64,000 nt of DNA from Anthoceros angustus (taxonomy: Eukaryota; Plantae; Anthocerotophyta). Position numbers and translations under genes: made by a program. The notes beneath the pieces are model-generated. The model was not told the DNA's origin and ran no database searches. It saw only the letters and a list, made by a program, of their open reading frames with translations. This document shows, one piece after another, positions 10,766 through 24,800 of this stretch (within the stretch, counting starts at the first letter, position 1; each line of letters opens with the position of its first letter). The DNA lies in NCBI GenBank assembly GCA_010909165.1, contig VJWM01000003.1:248001-312000 (forward strand), given 5' to 3'.

Positions 10766-13700
10766 ATGGCGGACACCAAACCCAATCCGAGGGTCTTTTT
10801 TGACATCGCTGTGGGGAAGAGTTCTATCGGGAGGATTGTGATGGAGGTCGATCTTCTGCCTTGTGCCCGATACTTAGGATGTGGAGCTGAATCTCTATGC
10901 TGGTCTACGGTAGTCGCTATTTGGGTGTTCTTCACTGACCTGGATTAGCGTGTTGCAGCTGTACGCTGACATTGTTCCGAAGACCGCGGAGAATTTCCGA
11001 GCCCTTTGCACTGGTGAGTAGGGGTGATGATTTTTCTGTTGAGTGTGTGGCTTCTGTTTTGTATGTTTTTCTGGACGGTGGGGGATGTGCATCCAGCTGG
11101 ATGCCACTTCTCGAAATTCTGGCTTCTGCACCATTTCGCTTGTAGCTGGTTTCGGTTGTGATCACTAACAGTTTTTGCTAGTTTCCCTCCGAGGTTTTTC
11201 CTGCTGCCCTGTGCTTTAGTAGATCCTGCGTGTCTCCTTAAAGCTTTTTTTTTTTGTGTGTGTGTGTGGGGCAGGTGAAAAGGGCACAGGGCGTCAATCT
11301 GGGAAGCCTTTACACTACAAAGGGACAATTTTCCACCGAGTGATTAAAGGGTTCATGGCCCAAGTAATAGACAAATAATTCTCCTCTTTTTTGGATATGC
11401 CCTGGTCTGTGAGTGTCTTCGCGAGTTTTACAGTTATCTGACCACCTGATGTTGGTGCTGCTGCAGGGTGGTGACTTTGTTAAAGGAGATGGTAAGGCCG
11501 CCTTTTTTTTGTTCTCATTGGTTATCACATGGAAACTGCCAGCTACGGGATGTTTCCTGAGGTTAGCCTGATGGGTTATGCTATTTTAAATGTAGGCACC
11601 GGTGGAGAGAGCATTTATGGCGGAAAGTTTCCAGGTATCACAGCCTCCTAAGTTTCCAAGTTTTGCTTGAGGTTGAGTTCTTAGTGAGCAGGATGTGGTT
11701 GATGGCTGAGAGGTTGGTTTACCCAGTGTCCAGTTTCCTTAAGTCCATTGCACTTGTTCTGCAGATGAGAATTTCAAGTTGAAGCACAATGGACCTGGAA
11801 TTGTCTCCATGGCAAACGCAGGACCTAACACGAATGGCTCCCAGTTCTTTTTGACTTTCACCGAATCGCCTCACCTTGATAGGTATTGTTCTCTCTCCAT
11901 GGCTCTTAACGATCTTGCCTGGTGTCATACCCTAGTCGCCAACAATCAATCTGGCTGCCCCAGTTGCCTGTTACCGCCAGATTATAGATGGATGGCAACA
12001 CGTTATGGAGTTCTTTCTCCGAATTGCCCAATACTAACACATGCTTGAGGAGTGGGGGTGCAGGCGTGGGTTCTTGTAATGGCGGATTGACATGGTGTAA
12101 GTGATGTGCTGTCTGCTTTGTACTTTATTGACAAAAGCTTCATTGTTTATAATTTTTTGTAGGACTGCAAGCTACCTTTACACTCGTCATTGTTCAGTAC
12201 GCATTACCCTGTGTTTACACAGTGACGGGGTGAGGCAAAGTTTGGTTTGTGCCTGTGCAACTGTCTGAATGTCTATAATCTGTCTTCCTCTCCGCCGGAG
12301 CTGTTTCTGAATGAAAATAAGTTTAGAAGCAGGCATTTATGAACATGTCCATTGTTTCTGTTTTTGCAGGGTACATGTTGCATTTGGGAAGGTTGTGGAG
12401 GGATTTGAAGTATTGAAGAAGATTGAAGCACAACCTGTGGTGAAAACAAGGCCTGAAATACCTGTCAAGATTGTTGATTGTGGCGAGGTTTTTGTTGAGG
12501 ACACTGATAATGGTGCACCTGCGAGTCGTAAGTGTTCTATTTACCTAGATGTTTCCACTTTTTTTTTTCTGTCCTTGAACTTTGACTTTTATCACCCTAT
12601 GTCTCTCATTCGGAGAGAAGTGCTGGCGATTTCAGCAGTGGTCGTGTTAATACTGTGTTTTTCCTACCTAAATAGGAAAGAAAAAGGTGAAGTCTGGTAA
12701 GGCAGTCAAGGCTGATTCCTCGAGTGAAGAAGAGCGGAGTAAGAAAAAGCGCAAGCGACCTTCTAAAGACAAGCGACGCAAGAAACGGAAGCGGCACTAT
12801 TCTCAGTCAGAGACTGACAGCTCGTCTGACTCTGACTACTCCTCTGATTCCGACTCCTCGGAGACCTCCTCAGATTCGCAAACCTCTTCAGATGTAAGCT
12901 CATCAAGTGAAGAAGATAGGAAGCGACGGCGGAAGAAGAAAACCAAAAAGCATCAGTCAAAGAGAAAGCGAGACAAGCGAAAGGACAAGAAGCGGAGCCG
13001 AAAAGACAAAAAATCGAGGAAGAAGAAAGTGTATGAGTAAGTGGCACAAGTTGGGGATCCATGTCCTGCTGTTGCTCTAGGATCAGTGCAGCTGAAACTT
13101 GGTTGGTTCGCAGAAGCTCAGAGAGTGACGATAGCGACACAGAAAGCGACAGCGCGAGTGACAGTGAGAGTGATTCCAGCTCTGAGAGTGAAAGGGAAAC
13201 CAAGGGTGCTGTGCTTAAAGCCAAGGTTGCATCAAGATCTCTGCCACGAGTTATTAAAGATAGTGGTAATTCTAACTTAGTCTTTTTTTCTCTTGTCTAT
13301 CTGTGGTCTGCTCTCATTGTGGCGTGTGCTTTCCATCCATTTGGAATGCATGTGCTGTCCAGCCATTTGTGGTGAAGGGGTGTGATTCCCGTCACGGTTT
13401 GTTTTCAACAGGTAAACCTCTGGCACGATTGGAACCAGCTACTGCCCTTCCAAAAGCTGATGTGGACAAGGTGAAGGAGAAGGAAAGGCAGGATGTTATA
13501 AGTGAACATGATCATGAGGAGGATGTGGATTTGCAAAATGGCACAGCAGCCAAAGAGGAAGGAATGAAAGAAGTGTTGGTGGAGAAAGGAAAAGGCTTAT
13601 CACCGCCACCAGTGGAACGGCGTAGTCGGTCACGGTATGATTTAAGACTGGATCTCCCGTCAGATAATTGGCAAGACTGTTCTCTACATCAGCTGCTTCT

Positions 13701-14913
13701 CAGTCGTGTGCAGAGGCTTGGCTGTGTAGGTGTGAACCAAGTCTATAATGACATGAACCTTTTTGCAGGAGCCCACGTGCGAGTTTGAGTCGGAGCCCAA
13801 GGAAGGGTGCCAGTCCAAGCCCGAGCAGGAGTCCTAGTGCGAGCCCAAGAGGTTTGGCGGCCAAGGATGTAAGTAGGTCACCAAGCCCAGTGAAGAGGCC
13901 CAGCCCAAGGGGTTTGCCTGCCAAGGATGTAAGTAGGTCATCAAGCCCAGTGAATAGGGAAAAGGCCAAGAGTCCACCTCCTCCCCCACGCTCCCCTAGC
14001 CATTCCCCTCCCAGATCTCGGAGCCCAGAGGGAACCCCAAAACGGATAAGAAGAGGTCGTGGCTTTAGCCAGCAGTATGCTTATGCAAGGCGCTACAGGA
14101 CACCCTCACCTGAGCGTTCTCCGCCTCGGCTTTATCGATATGGTGGCAGAGGAGCAAATGACCGAGACCGGGACAGACTTGATCGTGGAAGGTATGGTTA
14201 AACCAAGTCCTTTTTGTCTGGTGGTTTGTAAGTTTGTGCAATTCCAAATCTTGTATTGCTTCTATGGTCTGTAGGTATGGTGGTTATCGAGGATACAGGG
14301 ATCGTTCTCCCCCAAGGCGGTACAGGAGCCCCCACAGAGGAAGAACACCTCCAAGGTTTGTCCCAGCTTTCCCACTGGTCCCAATCCTTATCATTCCTGT
14401 ATGATTTTTCTCTTCTTTTTCTGTGGACTTCTGAATTGGTTGCATGTGGTGCACAGATATCGCAGGAGCAAGAGCAGAAGTCCCAGTAGAAGTAGAAGTC
14501 CAGTGGGTCGTCGGGACAGGGGCAGACCAAACTACAGCCGCAGTCCAAGCCGCAGCCGAAGCCCTGCAGAGGGCCACCCCCGCATCAGTGACAATCTCCG
14601 GGCTCGTCTGGGGCCGCGAGCAACACAGGTAAAGGATGCAGACAGCAATGGAGCTGGTAAAGCCCGGAAGAGCCCCTCTGCAAGCAGGAGCTCATCTGAA
14701 ACCAGGTCTCCTAGGAGGTCAGCATCCGAGAGCCCACCACCTCGGGGCAGAGGACTAGTGTCCTATGGGAAGGAAAAGGTGGAGGCAGGTTCTCGAAAGG
14801 CTAGATCACGTTCGGGATCCTCCAGTAGGTCCCCCTCTAGAAGCAGGTCTCCTCCTGGAACCGCTGGGCTGGTATCCTATGGTGATGGAAGCCCAGATTC
14901 GCGGTCCAAGTGA
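10766..14913 (+). CDS. CYP63: RS-domain nuclear cyclophilin (peptidyl-prolyl isomerase, CYP63/CYP95-like), multi-exon
   Basis: Spliced [14 protein letters not shown]..|[18 protein letters not shown]|[22 protein letters not shown]|GGDF..|[12 protein letters not shown]|[29 protein letters not shown]..|VHVAFGKV. This is followed by K/R- and S-rich blocks, [27 protein letters not shown] and a terminal [11 protein letters not shown]. Stop TGA at 14911-14913. Confidence 0.92.
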
Positions 14914-15984
14914 GGTTGCCCAGTATTGCACAGAGTTAGGAGGATGTCGGTAGTTGTGGGGTTCTAGGGTTGAGAGAGTGAACTCGTGAACCTCTTCTGA
15001 GAGTGTGTGCGTTATTTGTGTGTCGAGACTCCCATCTCTGCACAACGCGCTCAATCGGATGTGGTGCTAGCGTTTTCATGTTTTGCCCCACATGAATGGT
15101 TCACGCCGCCGGAGTTTTTGGTTCTACCGGAACGATGCCGCTGGATTTTCACTCGAGATATATGTCAGTTATATTTTCAAGGAAAGGTGTTTGGATCTTC
15201 AAACGGGCCTGGCAATTTTGCCGTTTGTCCCAAGTTCGTAAAGCTGGAAGCACCGGAAACCTGGCATTTTGGACGACCAGAAAGACGCACACCTCAGTTT
15301 GCCAGCTGCGGCTTCCAGAATGCTATTTGTTTATGTGGCCGTGCCATTTTATGCTGGCGATCTGTTTGATTTGTGTCCACAACCTTCTATTGATTAAATT
15401 GATATACGATAAATCTGATCTCCTATCCATACTTTCTTCATTTAAGGTGGCTATCATGTCCAATCCCCCACTTTCTCATCGTTGGCCAGGTACCTTTCTA
15501 AACGCACAGTTGGTTTCCGAGCTGAAAACTTCGATCGATGTTAGCTATGGGGATCACCCCGATCACGCCATATATGAGAATCCCAAATTGTGAGCTTTGG
15601 TTTTCCCTCAAAGCATCTTTACTTTTGTTCCACGGAAAAATGTGATTTGTAAACAACAAATACGCTATTTATTTTTATAGCAGTAAACACTACTAAAGCC
15701 GACTTAGTACTTCCCTCAGGTCGCACCTGTTGTTTTATCAGAGTAAGGTGGAACATACTCAGGGCAAGGTTGTCATGTCCCTTGAAACTGCTAAGGAACT
15801 CATCTCATTCAGCTAATTATCGATCCACAGTTCTGAAATTGTAGCGCTTAACCACTTGCAATTACCTCTACGCTGCAGCTCTATTCCGCTATAGGCACTT
15901 CAATCATGACGACGTTGGGAACAGTGCACCACGCGTAAGCAAGAATTGTTAGGTGACCCGTCTCTTTGTAAGAGAGTGACCCCT

Positions 15985-18900
15985 CTAATATTGCTTCCCC
16001 AGTTCCACTTTCTTCATTATTCGCATAGCACCATGCAACATCGAATCCACGATACCTGCAACCTGCGTAAAGCACCATACTGCGGTCAGAAACAGACTTC
16101 AGGTTAACCGGATAAAGGAAAAAGGCCAGCAGCTGGGAGCCAAGTAGCAGATGCCAAGCACTGCGGTCTCATGTAGGCGTTCTTTGGACACACCGTGAAT
16201 ACTCCTCCAATGATGGCACATAGGTTGACGACGAAGTGAGCAAACGATTTCCCTTTTTCTCTCACCGTCACCTGGCGTAAGAGTGTCCACCGCACAAGCA
16301 AACCTTGATACTGAGAACGTGACCCGCAACTTTACATCCCAAGCACACTTGCATACTTAAGAACTTGACTCCCAATTCATTAGCTGCTTCAGACGCCTGC
16401 AGAGGTACTTGTGGACCTACATGGCAGCCATGGTGCATCACTCACAAAACCCTTTCTGCAAAGTGTGAGACCCGACCTGCATTGGCGATAACTCATAGTG
16501 AAATTTGACCTCAGGCACAGCCTCAGTCTGGATGGGGTTGCTGTGTGCCGTGTACTCATAACGATCCAGCAGCTTTTGCTCCTGCAGTTTTCGTGGAGAT
16601 ACCACTTCCGTCTTCACGACTTGCAAATAATGGTCATACTGGAATGCACATGATTAACACCAACATGGTGGGTGAGCTGAGACCATCAAAGCTGGAGCGA
16701 CCAGTGACTGGTGTGGATGCCTTCAATCTCCAATCCCAGATTAGATGATGTGCCATGCATTCAGCATGTGCAGACAATGTGGAGTATAGAGTCTTACTGT
16801 GATATTTGACGTCTCTGACAAGAAAAGTCTTCCAGTTAGCCTGTCTTCCCCCTGTGGCCCGAGATGCGGAGACAGACGGTTCACTTCCTTGATCCCCAGA
16901 GCAGATAGATGCTGGCCAAATGAAAATGAACTGACATAATGTGTCAAATTCATCGTTGCTGCATCAAATGAATGTGACTCAGAGCGTGCAGACACCATAA
17001 GGTTCCCGGGGACCTGAAGATGGTAAGCAAAAGCAGTGAGACAGACAGGAGGATACACATCAAGTAGGAGAGCAGATTCAGTGATGTCTGCGTACCTTCT
17101 TAACTTTCACAAAACCTTCAACCCTACACCCTCCAGCACGAGGTGCAGGCAAATTCACTACAGTGTTGTTAACCTGTTCAGCCTTGTTCTCCAGATCCTC
17201 CCGTTTGCCCATAACAACAGGTGCTGGCACCAGCCCTGTCAGGTACTACGATACAGCAAAAATGCTCCAAGTAAGATACTACACTGAAGCGCCAAGTGGC
17301 AAGTGTTCACAGGAACGGAAGATGCACACCTCAACCAATGAGGATGTATCTCGGTTCCCATAATATGTCTCATGTTCATGACCACCAGGAGCTCCCCTGA
17401 ACCAAAAGCACAATTCAAGCTTTAGCCATAGGCACCAGAAATTCCAACTTCTACCATGAGAAAAAATAGATCACTTCTGCAAAGTGAAACATATCCTCTG
17501 CATGTAGCATTCACCCAAGGCATCATGCACAACAACACACATGAGAAAGCTGTAAGTCTATAAACCAACTGAACCACTTAATTGATAGCAACAGACAAGA
17601 ATGCAAAGACTGGAGATAAGCTCCAATGATATTAAGTTCCCTGTGCACTGAATCACCTGACGTCCCGGCCCTTGCGGAAGATCCTGATGGATGGGTAGCC
17701 CTGAATATGGTGCCTGAGGAGAAAAAATGATGTGACCCAATTTTCAAAGATTCGCCCAGTCATTTCGAGATTTGATCATTTGAAATAAGCAAAAACACCA
17801 ATAGGACAATCGAAAACCGGCTTGTTCCGCTGGCGAGAGAGCATAAAACCCAGAACCAGGTCAAGAGATAGGCAGAAAAGAACGAACTCTCCACATAGTG
17901 CGCCTTGCTGGGTGCAGTCAACCTTCCCAATCAAGATTCTACCATCTGTTTCCGGACTGTATCTGTAAACACAAACAGAAGTGAAACAAACTCAAACACT
18001 TCAATAAAAAGCAGAGTAATCTGAGACAAGAAGAGACAAGGAAATTGTCAGAAAACAAGAAGAGGCAAGGAAAACGTCTGCAGTAAATCCAGGAAATGAC
18101 ACAGAATTTATCGCAATTGAATTCTTGCCTCTCAGCCATAAGACTTGCTGCTCTTTCCCAGGCAGGAGCCTGCAGAAACATCATAACCATGTGAAACCTG
18201 GCGGTGAAAAATGAAAGATCACACAAGGACACTCAATCTACACAATTCAAGTACAAAAAAGTGTATATGCGAGTGATCAAGAAACCTATTGCATCCATCA
18301 ACTCCACTTACCAAAGAAGTGGCACCTGACCAACTATACCATATAAGACAACAGTAACATAGTCAAGATAATCAGAGAAAGATTGAACTTACCAGACGAT
18401 TGCTCCATGGACACCATGGAGCATAAAAATTGACCACCAAAACAGGAAACCTGAAATGGCATAAGGGTGTTACCACAAAGCCCACGATGAGTCTCCCCAT
18501 ATCTACAGTGTGTAGAAACATCAAACACAACCTACTCATTTGCATAATGCTTGAAATTGGCAGCAGTCAGTGGCACAGCTCCATCCCCTGAAATTGCAGA
18601 AAGCCAATGTTCATCATCCTCATGGTCTCCATGCAAGGTCAGCTTCGGTACAGATCCGGGATAGAATTCATCTCCCATAATCCTCATCTTCGAATCTATG
18701 GAGAACTTTTTTACAGTCTTTGTCAGATTGAACCTATGCTGCATAGCCCCCATTATTGTGTAAGTACTGATTTCCTGGTGTACTGCTTTTCTCCTTCACA
18801 ATCACCCGTCTGTTACAAGCAGCACAGAGCAGGTCTGCAACTGCACCTTCTTGAGCAAAGCGCATCTTTCAGTGCAAGGAAAAGGATTTTGTGCAAAAAG

Positions 18901-19795
18901 GTTCAAGAGACAAGGTCTAAGCCACACAAAAAACAGACTTGAGAGACAGTCACGTACCGTTCCTAAGACATCACTCACGTCTACAGAGGCAAATTCACAG
19001 GACAATGAAGGAAAGCTGCACAACAAGTTCAGGAAGAGATCATTCTCTCAGCAGCAGATTTACATGCACCCATGAATCAAGCAGAGGTAAAAAATGCTGG
19101 TTAGAACAACTGAAAATTGTACACAACAGGCAGACCTCAAATTAAAATCGATCCTCAAAAATTCCCCATCCCGACTTCTGTCAATCTCCACTGTCGTGAT
19201 TGTTTCCAGCCTCATATAGTTGCGTAGTTCCTGAGTCGACAATATCCACCGTGAGAGAGACATAATCTCAGTCAGAATAGACGTTGAAAGAAAAGTGTAA
19301 GTAATTTGAGGATGGATTTCTTGCTCACCATGGTGAACAAAAGCAGCATTATAAAGGCTGCGAGAAGTGACAGTCCAGCCCCAGATAAAGAGGCTTCTGT
19401 TAGATCCCTTGGTATCTTCCTGCAGCCAATGACAATGGGTTAGCACGAAAGACCAAGCAGAAGTGAATGTCTTAGCCTAGAAGACCCTTTGGGAACAGAA
19501 AGATAACTAAGGTCACACTATATCAACAGGCCTGAGCACAGGTGCCTGCATCAACACTCAAGCGCAGGCAAAGTCCAGAACTTTGTGGAATACGCTCACT
19601 TTGTTTTAAAAAACACTCTCCTCAGAAGGATGCATCTACTTAAAGACGTCAATCAACCTTTTGAACATCGACCTCAAAAGTATGAGTCACTTCAGGAAAC
19701 TGTCACATCACAAGCAATGCAATGGAGCAGCAGTACAGAGACAGCTGGCATTACCTGTAAAAATCCAGGGACTTAATCTTGCTGGCGGTCGTCAT
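15985..19795 (-). CDS. PDIL5-4: Protein disulfide isomerase-like PDI-C subfamily (ERGIC-N + thioredoxin + COPII-coated ERV domain), multi-exon
   Basis: Exons give MTTASKIKSLDFYR|KIPRDLTEASLSGAGLS..|ELRNY..RIDFNL|SFPSLSCEFASVDVSDVLGT|..|FPVLVVNFYAPWCPWSNRL|..HHIQGYPSIRIFRKG..|VPGNL..|YDHYLQVVKTEV..KFHYELSPMQ|..SFAHFVVNLCAIIGGVFT|VAGIVDSMLHG..KKVELGKQY*. Confidence 0.93.
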
Positions 19796-21808
19796 GAGGC
19801 TCCAAAGCCGTTGCCGGCAAGGCTCTCAGCACTTGCAGGAAACGAAATTTACACGCGCTGATTGCAGATGGTTAGCCGATCCATATCCAAGAGCTGTCCA
19901 AATCGGTGACGGTAGCTCGGCGTCGCCTGTATCCACGCGACACAAGCGGAAGAACATATGTGAACCGCAAGACAACCTCAAGGCTACCACACACCCTCGT
20001 TAACCCTCGTAAATCGCACCTACGACTCAGCAAGCAGAACAGGTGGCAGTTCAGTGCAGCGAACACTTCCAAACTAATGAAAACGAACGCTCTATGCAGC
20101 TCCATCGCAAGCAAGCATTTGGTTCCAACTCTGACCAGATCATACCCCACAAGCCATTGTCCCAAAGTAGCTTACGTCTGCATCTGCCAGCAACTCCGAA
20201 ATAATGCGTCCTGCATTCGATCTGAACCGGAGAGGAAGCGACGATGACCAACTTCGACTGAAGAGCAAATATTTTGTGCAAAATATTTCACATGAGTGGA
20301 GACACGGAATTCCTGAATTGTGAAATCACAACACGAAATGTAGGAAAGTCACACCATGTAAAGGACAGACAACAAAAGTGTTGATAGAAAGGTGGAATTT
20401 AAAACGCCCAAGGTCTCTTAATCTCTTTATCTACATTCGAAATATAAGGGATGAGAAATAGGCCTTCCCTCTACAAAGTCGCCTTATTTTTATTAGGCCT
20501 ATTACGTATATTTAACTTAATAATAATGGATAAGCATCTGGCTTCAAAAAGCCTTTATGATTTATCAATAGGAACCTGTAAGAACCTGAGAATAAGTGGA
20601 GTAAGTATGTTATTTCTGAAAACTCAAAAAGGTCTAGATAAACATCTATAAACAATCAAGGTAAGTATTTAATCTAAAAAAATTAAACTCCATTTTTCAA
20701 ACTCCTTGTTGGGGTTAAAAATAACTGATCTAAGTATTTTATCTGACAAAGTTCAATAAGAACTTGATAATCGTTGGGTAAACTCTTCATCTTATTGGTT
20801 TGTTGGTACAAAAATTGCTTTAGGGGAGAGTCCTTTTTAACTCATGCTCATGTATCCAAGTGAACTTCAACACCATTTTACAGAATCTAGTAATTATGAG
20901 TAATTTATTAATTTCATAAAAATAAAATTTAAGTACTACTATTAATAATATCAAAGTAAAGTCTATTTGTTTTAAAATTTGATTGCTCGTTGATTGATGA
21001 AATTCACCATATAAAATTTTCATTTCTAGAGGGAGGACAAGGATAGCTAATTTAGTTCACGAAGGTATTTACAAACTAGCAAAAACGAAATATTATTTTT
21101 CATAAAGTAATTATAAGTATTAAAAATCAAGATAAAAGGATACCTAGATACCTGTCTGCACCGAAGTTTTCTATCCCGTAACCGGCCCCTGCTCCTCTTT
21201 CCCAACCAAAATGTATGAACAGTGCAATCGCTCCACCAACCCGGACATGCCTGCTTCCGTACAACCACGAAATCGGGATCACAAGGTTACCTACCAACAT
21301 GAGGCATTTCTGAATCTGCGGGTCCGTGTAATACACCATATCACATCCCGTATGATGGTTTGATACGCGCTCTTCCTGTAGGATCGACACTTTGAGCAAT
21401 CTGAAGGCATAGAGTATGACAACTACAATACAAGAAGCAACAAGGATTTGGGAATGGCAAAAGGGTATGGCCAAACTCCAGTGTCTCTCGGCAGGTCCTT
21501 GAAGCTTTGATTGAAGACTGAGACATGTCAGGTGCAGCTCAGGATCAGCAACCTCAACTGATGAAGAGGAAGTGCATGTACAAAGTGTAGCTGCATATGA
21601 GAGATCAGGAACTGAAGGTGCGATCCAAAGATGTTGGCCAGCTTATATTGCAATGCAGGTGCCAATGAGAATTCTGGAGGTGAAGAGAGTCCCAAGTTGG
21701 CGGACCCTAATCAAGTTGACTTTGGAATATGTCATCGGAAAAATTGAATACACCGTGAGGGGGAGTGACACTTGGAGCAAATGACGGACGGTCTACACAC
21801 CTTCGCAA

Positions 21809-24800
21809 TCATAGGTCAGCATAGCCCGTGACTCCGGCCGATTCCACGTATTCTGTAAATGGCTTCCTCAGGCGCTCATCGTCCGGAAAGTTTTCTATAG
21901 AGCTGGACAAGGTCTGAGGTCGCCCAATCAACAAACACTTCACCTTGGAAACGACTTGCATCTGCTCCAGTGCGTACTTCCGTTCAGCCACTATAGACTC
22001 CTCCAACGATGCCATCTGCTGATCCATAGCCTGAATAGCCTCAATCAGTCCTGCGCTATGGGATCCTGTGTTTCGCCTACTCCTCGCCATGATCTCCTGA
22101 ATTGTTGTCGAGTCTGCTACCACAGCCGCGGTTACAACGCCTTTCTGCTTGCGCAATTTCGCCTTCCTTTCTGCTTTCATCATATCCTCAAGCCAGGGCT
22201 TCACAAAAAGGAAAAATGCAACAAACGCAGAGCCGCTCATGCCCACAGCATCAGCAGTAAGGCGGCCGATATCAAACGTGACTTCAGATGATGTCTTGAA
22301 AGCTGCCAACATCAACCAGCCTGCAACCACACCGGCTGCTCCAGCAGCAGCAGAAGGTACAGGAGCAAGAGCAGACCGCCCAGCAGGACCAAACTGGCCA
22401 CGGGCAGAATGTGCAGCCTCCTTCTCATCGCCACCTTTGTTGGTGTCTTCGATATGGGAATACGTGGCCGGAACTGTCTGGCTCCTGCCCTCGAGATCAA
22501 GAGCTGGAACTGCAGTTGTTCGTGCAACTACCCACCGCCATACAGGATCTGGAGCAGGCACCTGAGCGCTGCTGCTGCCAGAAACAACCGATGCAGAACT
22601 CAGTGGACCATCTTCAGATGCCAAAACGCTTTCTTGTGAAGTCCCATTCCATGGCCAGACCAACCCTGCGAATAGATCTTTCTGACGACCTTGACTGCTA
22701 GCACTTTCTTCCACATGCTCTTCGGTTTTGCTATCCTTCGCAAATGCGAATGGCGCCTGAGCACTGCCGCTGCGAGATGCCTCAGCTGCACTATCCACAG
22801 CAAGATGTTCATCTGCGAATAACCTTCGTTGTGAAGCGGCAGACCATGGCCAGACCGCGCCTGGAAACAGGTGCAGACCTTGACTGCTAGCGATTCCTGC
22901 AGCAGCAACTTCAGCTTCGGTTTGAACCACAGTGACAGGCACTGTCTTGCCTAGCCCAGCGGCAGCGAAGACGGCGCCCCAATGATCTTCCGAACCTCTT
23001 TGGTTGATTATGTGCCCGGCATCCATTTTCCCAGACGCTAACATCCCTTCAGCAGCATAAACTGGGACTCCTTGTTCTGGTCGCTTCGCCTCGGCTGGAT
23101 GCGGCAAGATGGACTCCCAATTCGGTAGCACCTCAGTGGGGGCTTTGGGGAAAGAAAATCGAACCATAGGACGTTTGAGGAAACGGTGCCTCAGGGCGCC
23201 AGAAGCCGAAGGCCTACTATCATCACCAAGACTGGGCCAAACCAGCTCATCCTCGAAACGTGTTTCCTGCAGTAAGGCCTTCGCCAGCTCCCAGCCGGCA
23301 CCATTATCCGCATCCAGAATCGCAAAGTCATCTTTGTGAATCCTAGCCTGTTCTCGCCAAACGTCCAGGTCATAATCTGCACGCTTCAGCTCCAGGTTGA
23401 AGGCCTGAAGTCCCACGTCACTGCGAAGAGGCTTCAAGCAGAGCTGCAGGAAAACAAGGCCAGTGGAATACAGGTCGAATCTGTCCGGAGTGTTGAGAAG
23501 CCACAAAACTGGGGAAATCAAGGAACAGAGAGGATCAGGAGGAAGCTGAGGAGTAGTCGTTGGCATCACATACTGCTCGGGAGCGGCATAGATCGGATCT
23601 ATAATTGACTCCTTCGGATGATAATTGTAGCCCGACCGCAGATCAACACAAGCCCCCAGATCGATCAGCGTGAATACTCCTTTCTCCTGATCTAGCACCA
23701 GGTTCAAAGGCTTCACATCCCTGTGCACCACACCCGACGAATGTAGCTCATGCAGACTTGTCAAGATCTGGCTCATCACTTTCCTCACGACGGCAGACTC
23801 AAACTCCACAACCTCTTCCCTCGAAAACCCCTCCCTCAACAGCCTCCGCCCCGAGAACCGCCTCTGCTACGTTCTCAGGAAAGTTCCGCTGCCTCATGTA
23901 ATGCTGCAAAGTCCGATCCCCTGATACCGCCACACCAGCCACAACCCCTCCGTCAGGCGTCCTTTCACCTGATCCGCACTCACGTGCATAGCCCCAAGGT
24001 ACTCCGCACAAGCCTTAGGAGCGGTCCGCTTCACCCGTTGATTCATATGCATTTCCGCATCGTGCACCTCACAGGCTCCCTCCACCTTAGCCTTCACCTT
24101 CTTCAACACCACATGAAGCCTATCCTTCTCCCCGTTGCCGTTCCCTTCTTTCTTCCCTACATATCCTTCGTACACCACACCGAACGACCCCTCCCCTAGC
24201 TGCCGTCCCAGCTCCACCTGAGAGCACCAAAAACACATCCATCAGCTACTCCAAAACCGCAGCCTCCTTCTCATCGCCACCTTTGTTGGTGTCTTCGATA
24301 TGGGAATACGTGGCCGGAACTGTCTGGCTCCTGCCCTCGAGATCAAGAGCTGGAACTGCAGTTGTTCGTGCAACTACCCACCGCCATACAGGATCTGGAG
24401 CAGGCACCTGAGCGCTGCTGCTGCCAGAAACAACCGATGCAGAACTCAGTGGACCATCTTCAGATGCCAAAACGCTTTCTTGTGAAGTCCCATTCCATGG
24501 CCAGACCAACCCTGCGAATAGATCTTTCTGACGACCTTGACTGCTAGCACTTTCTTCCACATGCTCTTCGGTTTTGCTATCCTTCGCAAATGCGAATGGC
24601 GCCTGAGCACTGCTGCGAGATGCCTCAGCTGCACTATCCACAGCAAGATGTTCATCTGCGAATAACCTTCGTTGTGAAGCGGCAGACCATGGCCAGACCG
24701 CGCCTGGAAACAGGTGCAGACCTTGACTGCTGCGATTCCTGCAGCAGCAACTTCAGCTTCGGTTTGAACCACAGTGACAGGCACTGTCTTGCCTAGCAGC

